The notes under the pieces are model-generated. The model was given only the letters and a program-made list of their open reading frames with translations. It searched no databases and was not told the origin of the DNA. Positions 63,451 through 64,000 of a stretch of 64,000 nt of DNA are shown here, in pieces. The stretch lies in the NCBI GenBank assembly GCA_051294905.1, contig CM119371.1:5706001-5770000 (forward strand), written 5' to 3'. Within the stretch, counting starts at the first letter, position 1. Every line of letters begins with the position of its first letter. The DNA is from Botryllus schlosseri (taxonomy: Eukaryota). The position numbers and the translations under genes were made by a program.

Positions 63451-64000
63451 CTGTCAATACAGATTTTATATTCAATTACTCCGCTATACAGATTTGTATA
63501 AACTACCAACAAACTACTAACTAATGCCATTTTTAGGAATAATGGTTTCCGTTAGCAAGTTGTTCTAGTAGTAGCTGCGGATCTTGAAAAGTGAATGGTT
63601 CTACATCAAGTTGTGCATTTAAAAAAATGTAGCCGCCGACAACTAGAAAACGTATGTCGTCATGATACCAGTGTTCTGTTGCATGATATTATTGCAGCCT
63701 TTGCTAGCTCAGAGCAGGGTTGTAACCAAGTCACAAGTCAACCTCACTTCCATAGTTTTGACTCGAGTCAAGTCGAGTCATTTTCAATTCACCGCCGAGT
63801 CAAGTCCGAGTCCAAGTCAGCTAGGAGTGAGACGAGTATAAATCATAGTGTTTTGACTCGAGTCCGAGTCCAAGTCATTATGTTCACTATACCGCGGAGT
63901 TACAGTGACAGTCCTCGTCATGAGTCAAGTCATTTCACTCATTTGAACAAATCACACGAGTCCAGTCGAGTCACCAAAAAAACGCGACTTGAGTTTGACT

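Overview
AT-rich eukaryotic (invertebrate animal-like, spliceosomal-intron) genomic DNA; no prokaryotic features. Three things dominate. (1) A graveyard of polo-like kinase (PLK1-like) gene copies: about 25 degenerate exons with GT-AG boundaries on the + strand (8.5-37.5 kb; the HRD-loop exon alone occurs six times) and a second, convergent set on the - strand (58.4-63.5 kb). Together they cover the kinase domain, linker and both polo boxes, with chimeric exons and an internal segmental duplication. (2) Two tandem C2H2 zinc-finger array ORFs (6.3-7.4 kb +, 39.2-40.6 kb -) with an atypical AG(I/V)KNH linker and variation concentrated at the base-contacting helix positions. (3) A dense, nested set of transposon relics: a deleted Gypsy gag-protease-RT element with LTR/PBS, a solo LTR, a Penelope-like GIY-YIG fragment, tRNA-derived SINEs, hAT/hATm transposase remnants, a piggyBac-like element and many MITE families, each with its own subterminal motif. 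Exon labels E1-E11 are my own working numbering. All homology calls come from manual translation and remembered family motifs, not database searches.
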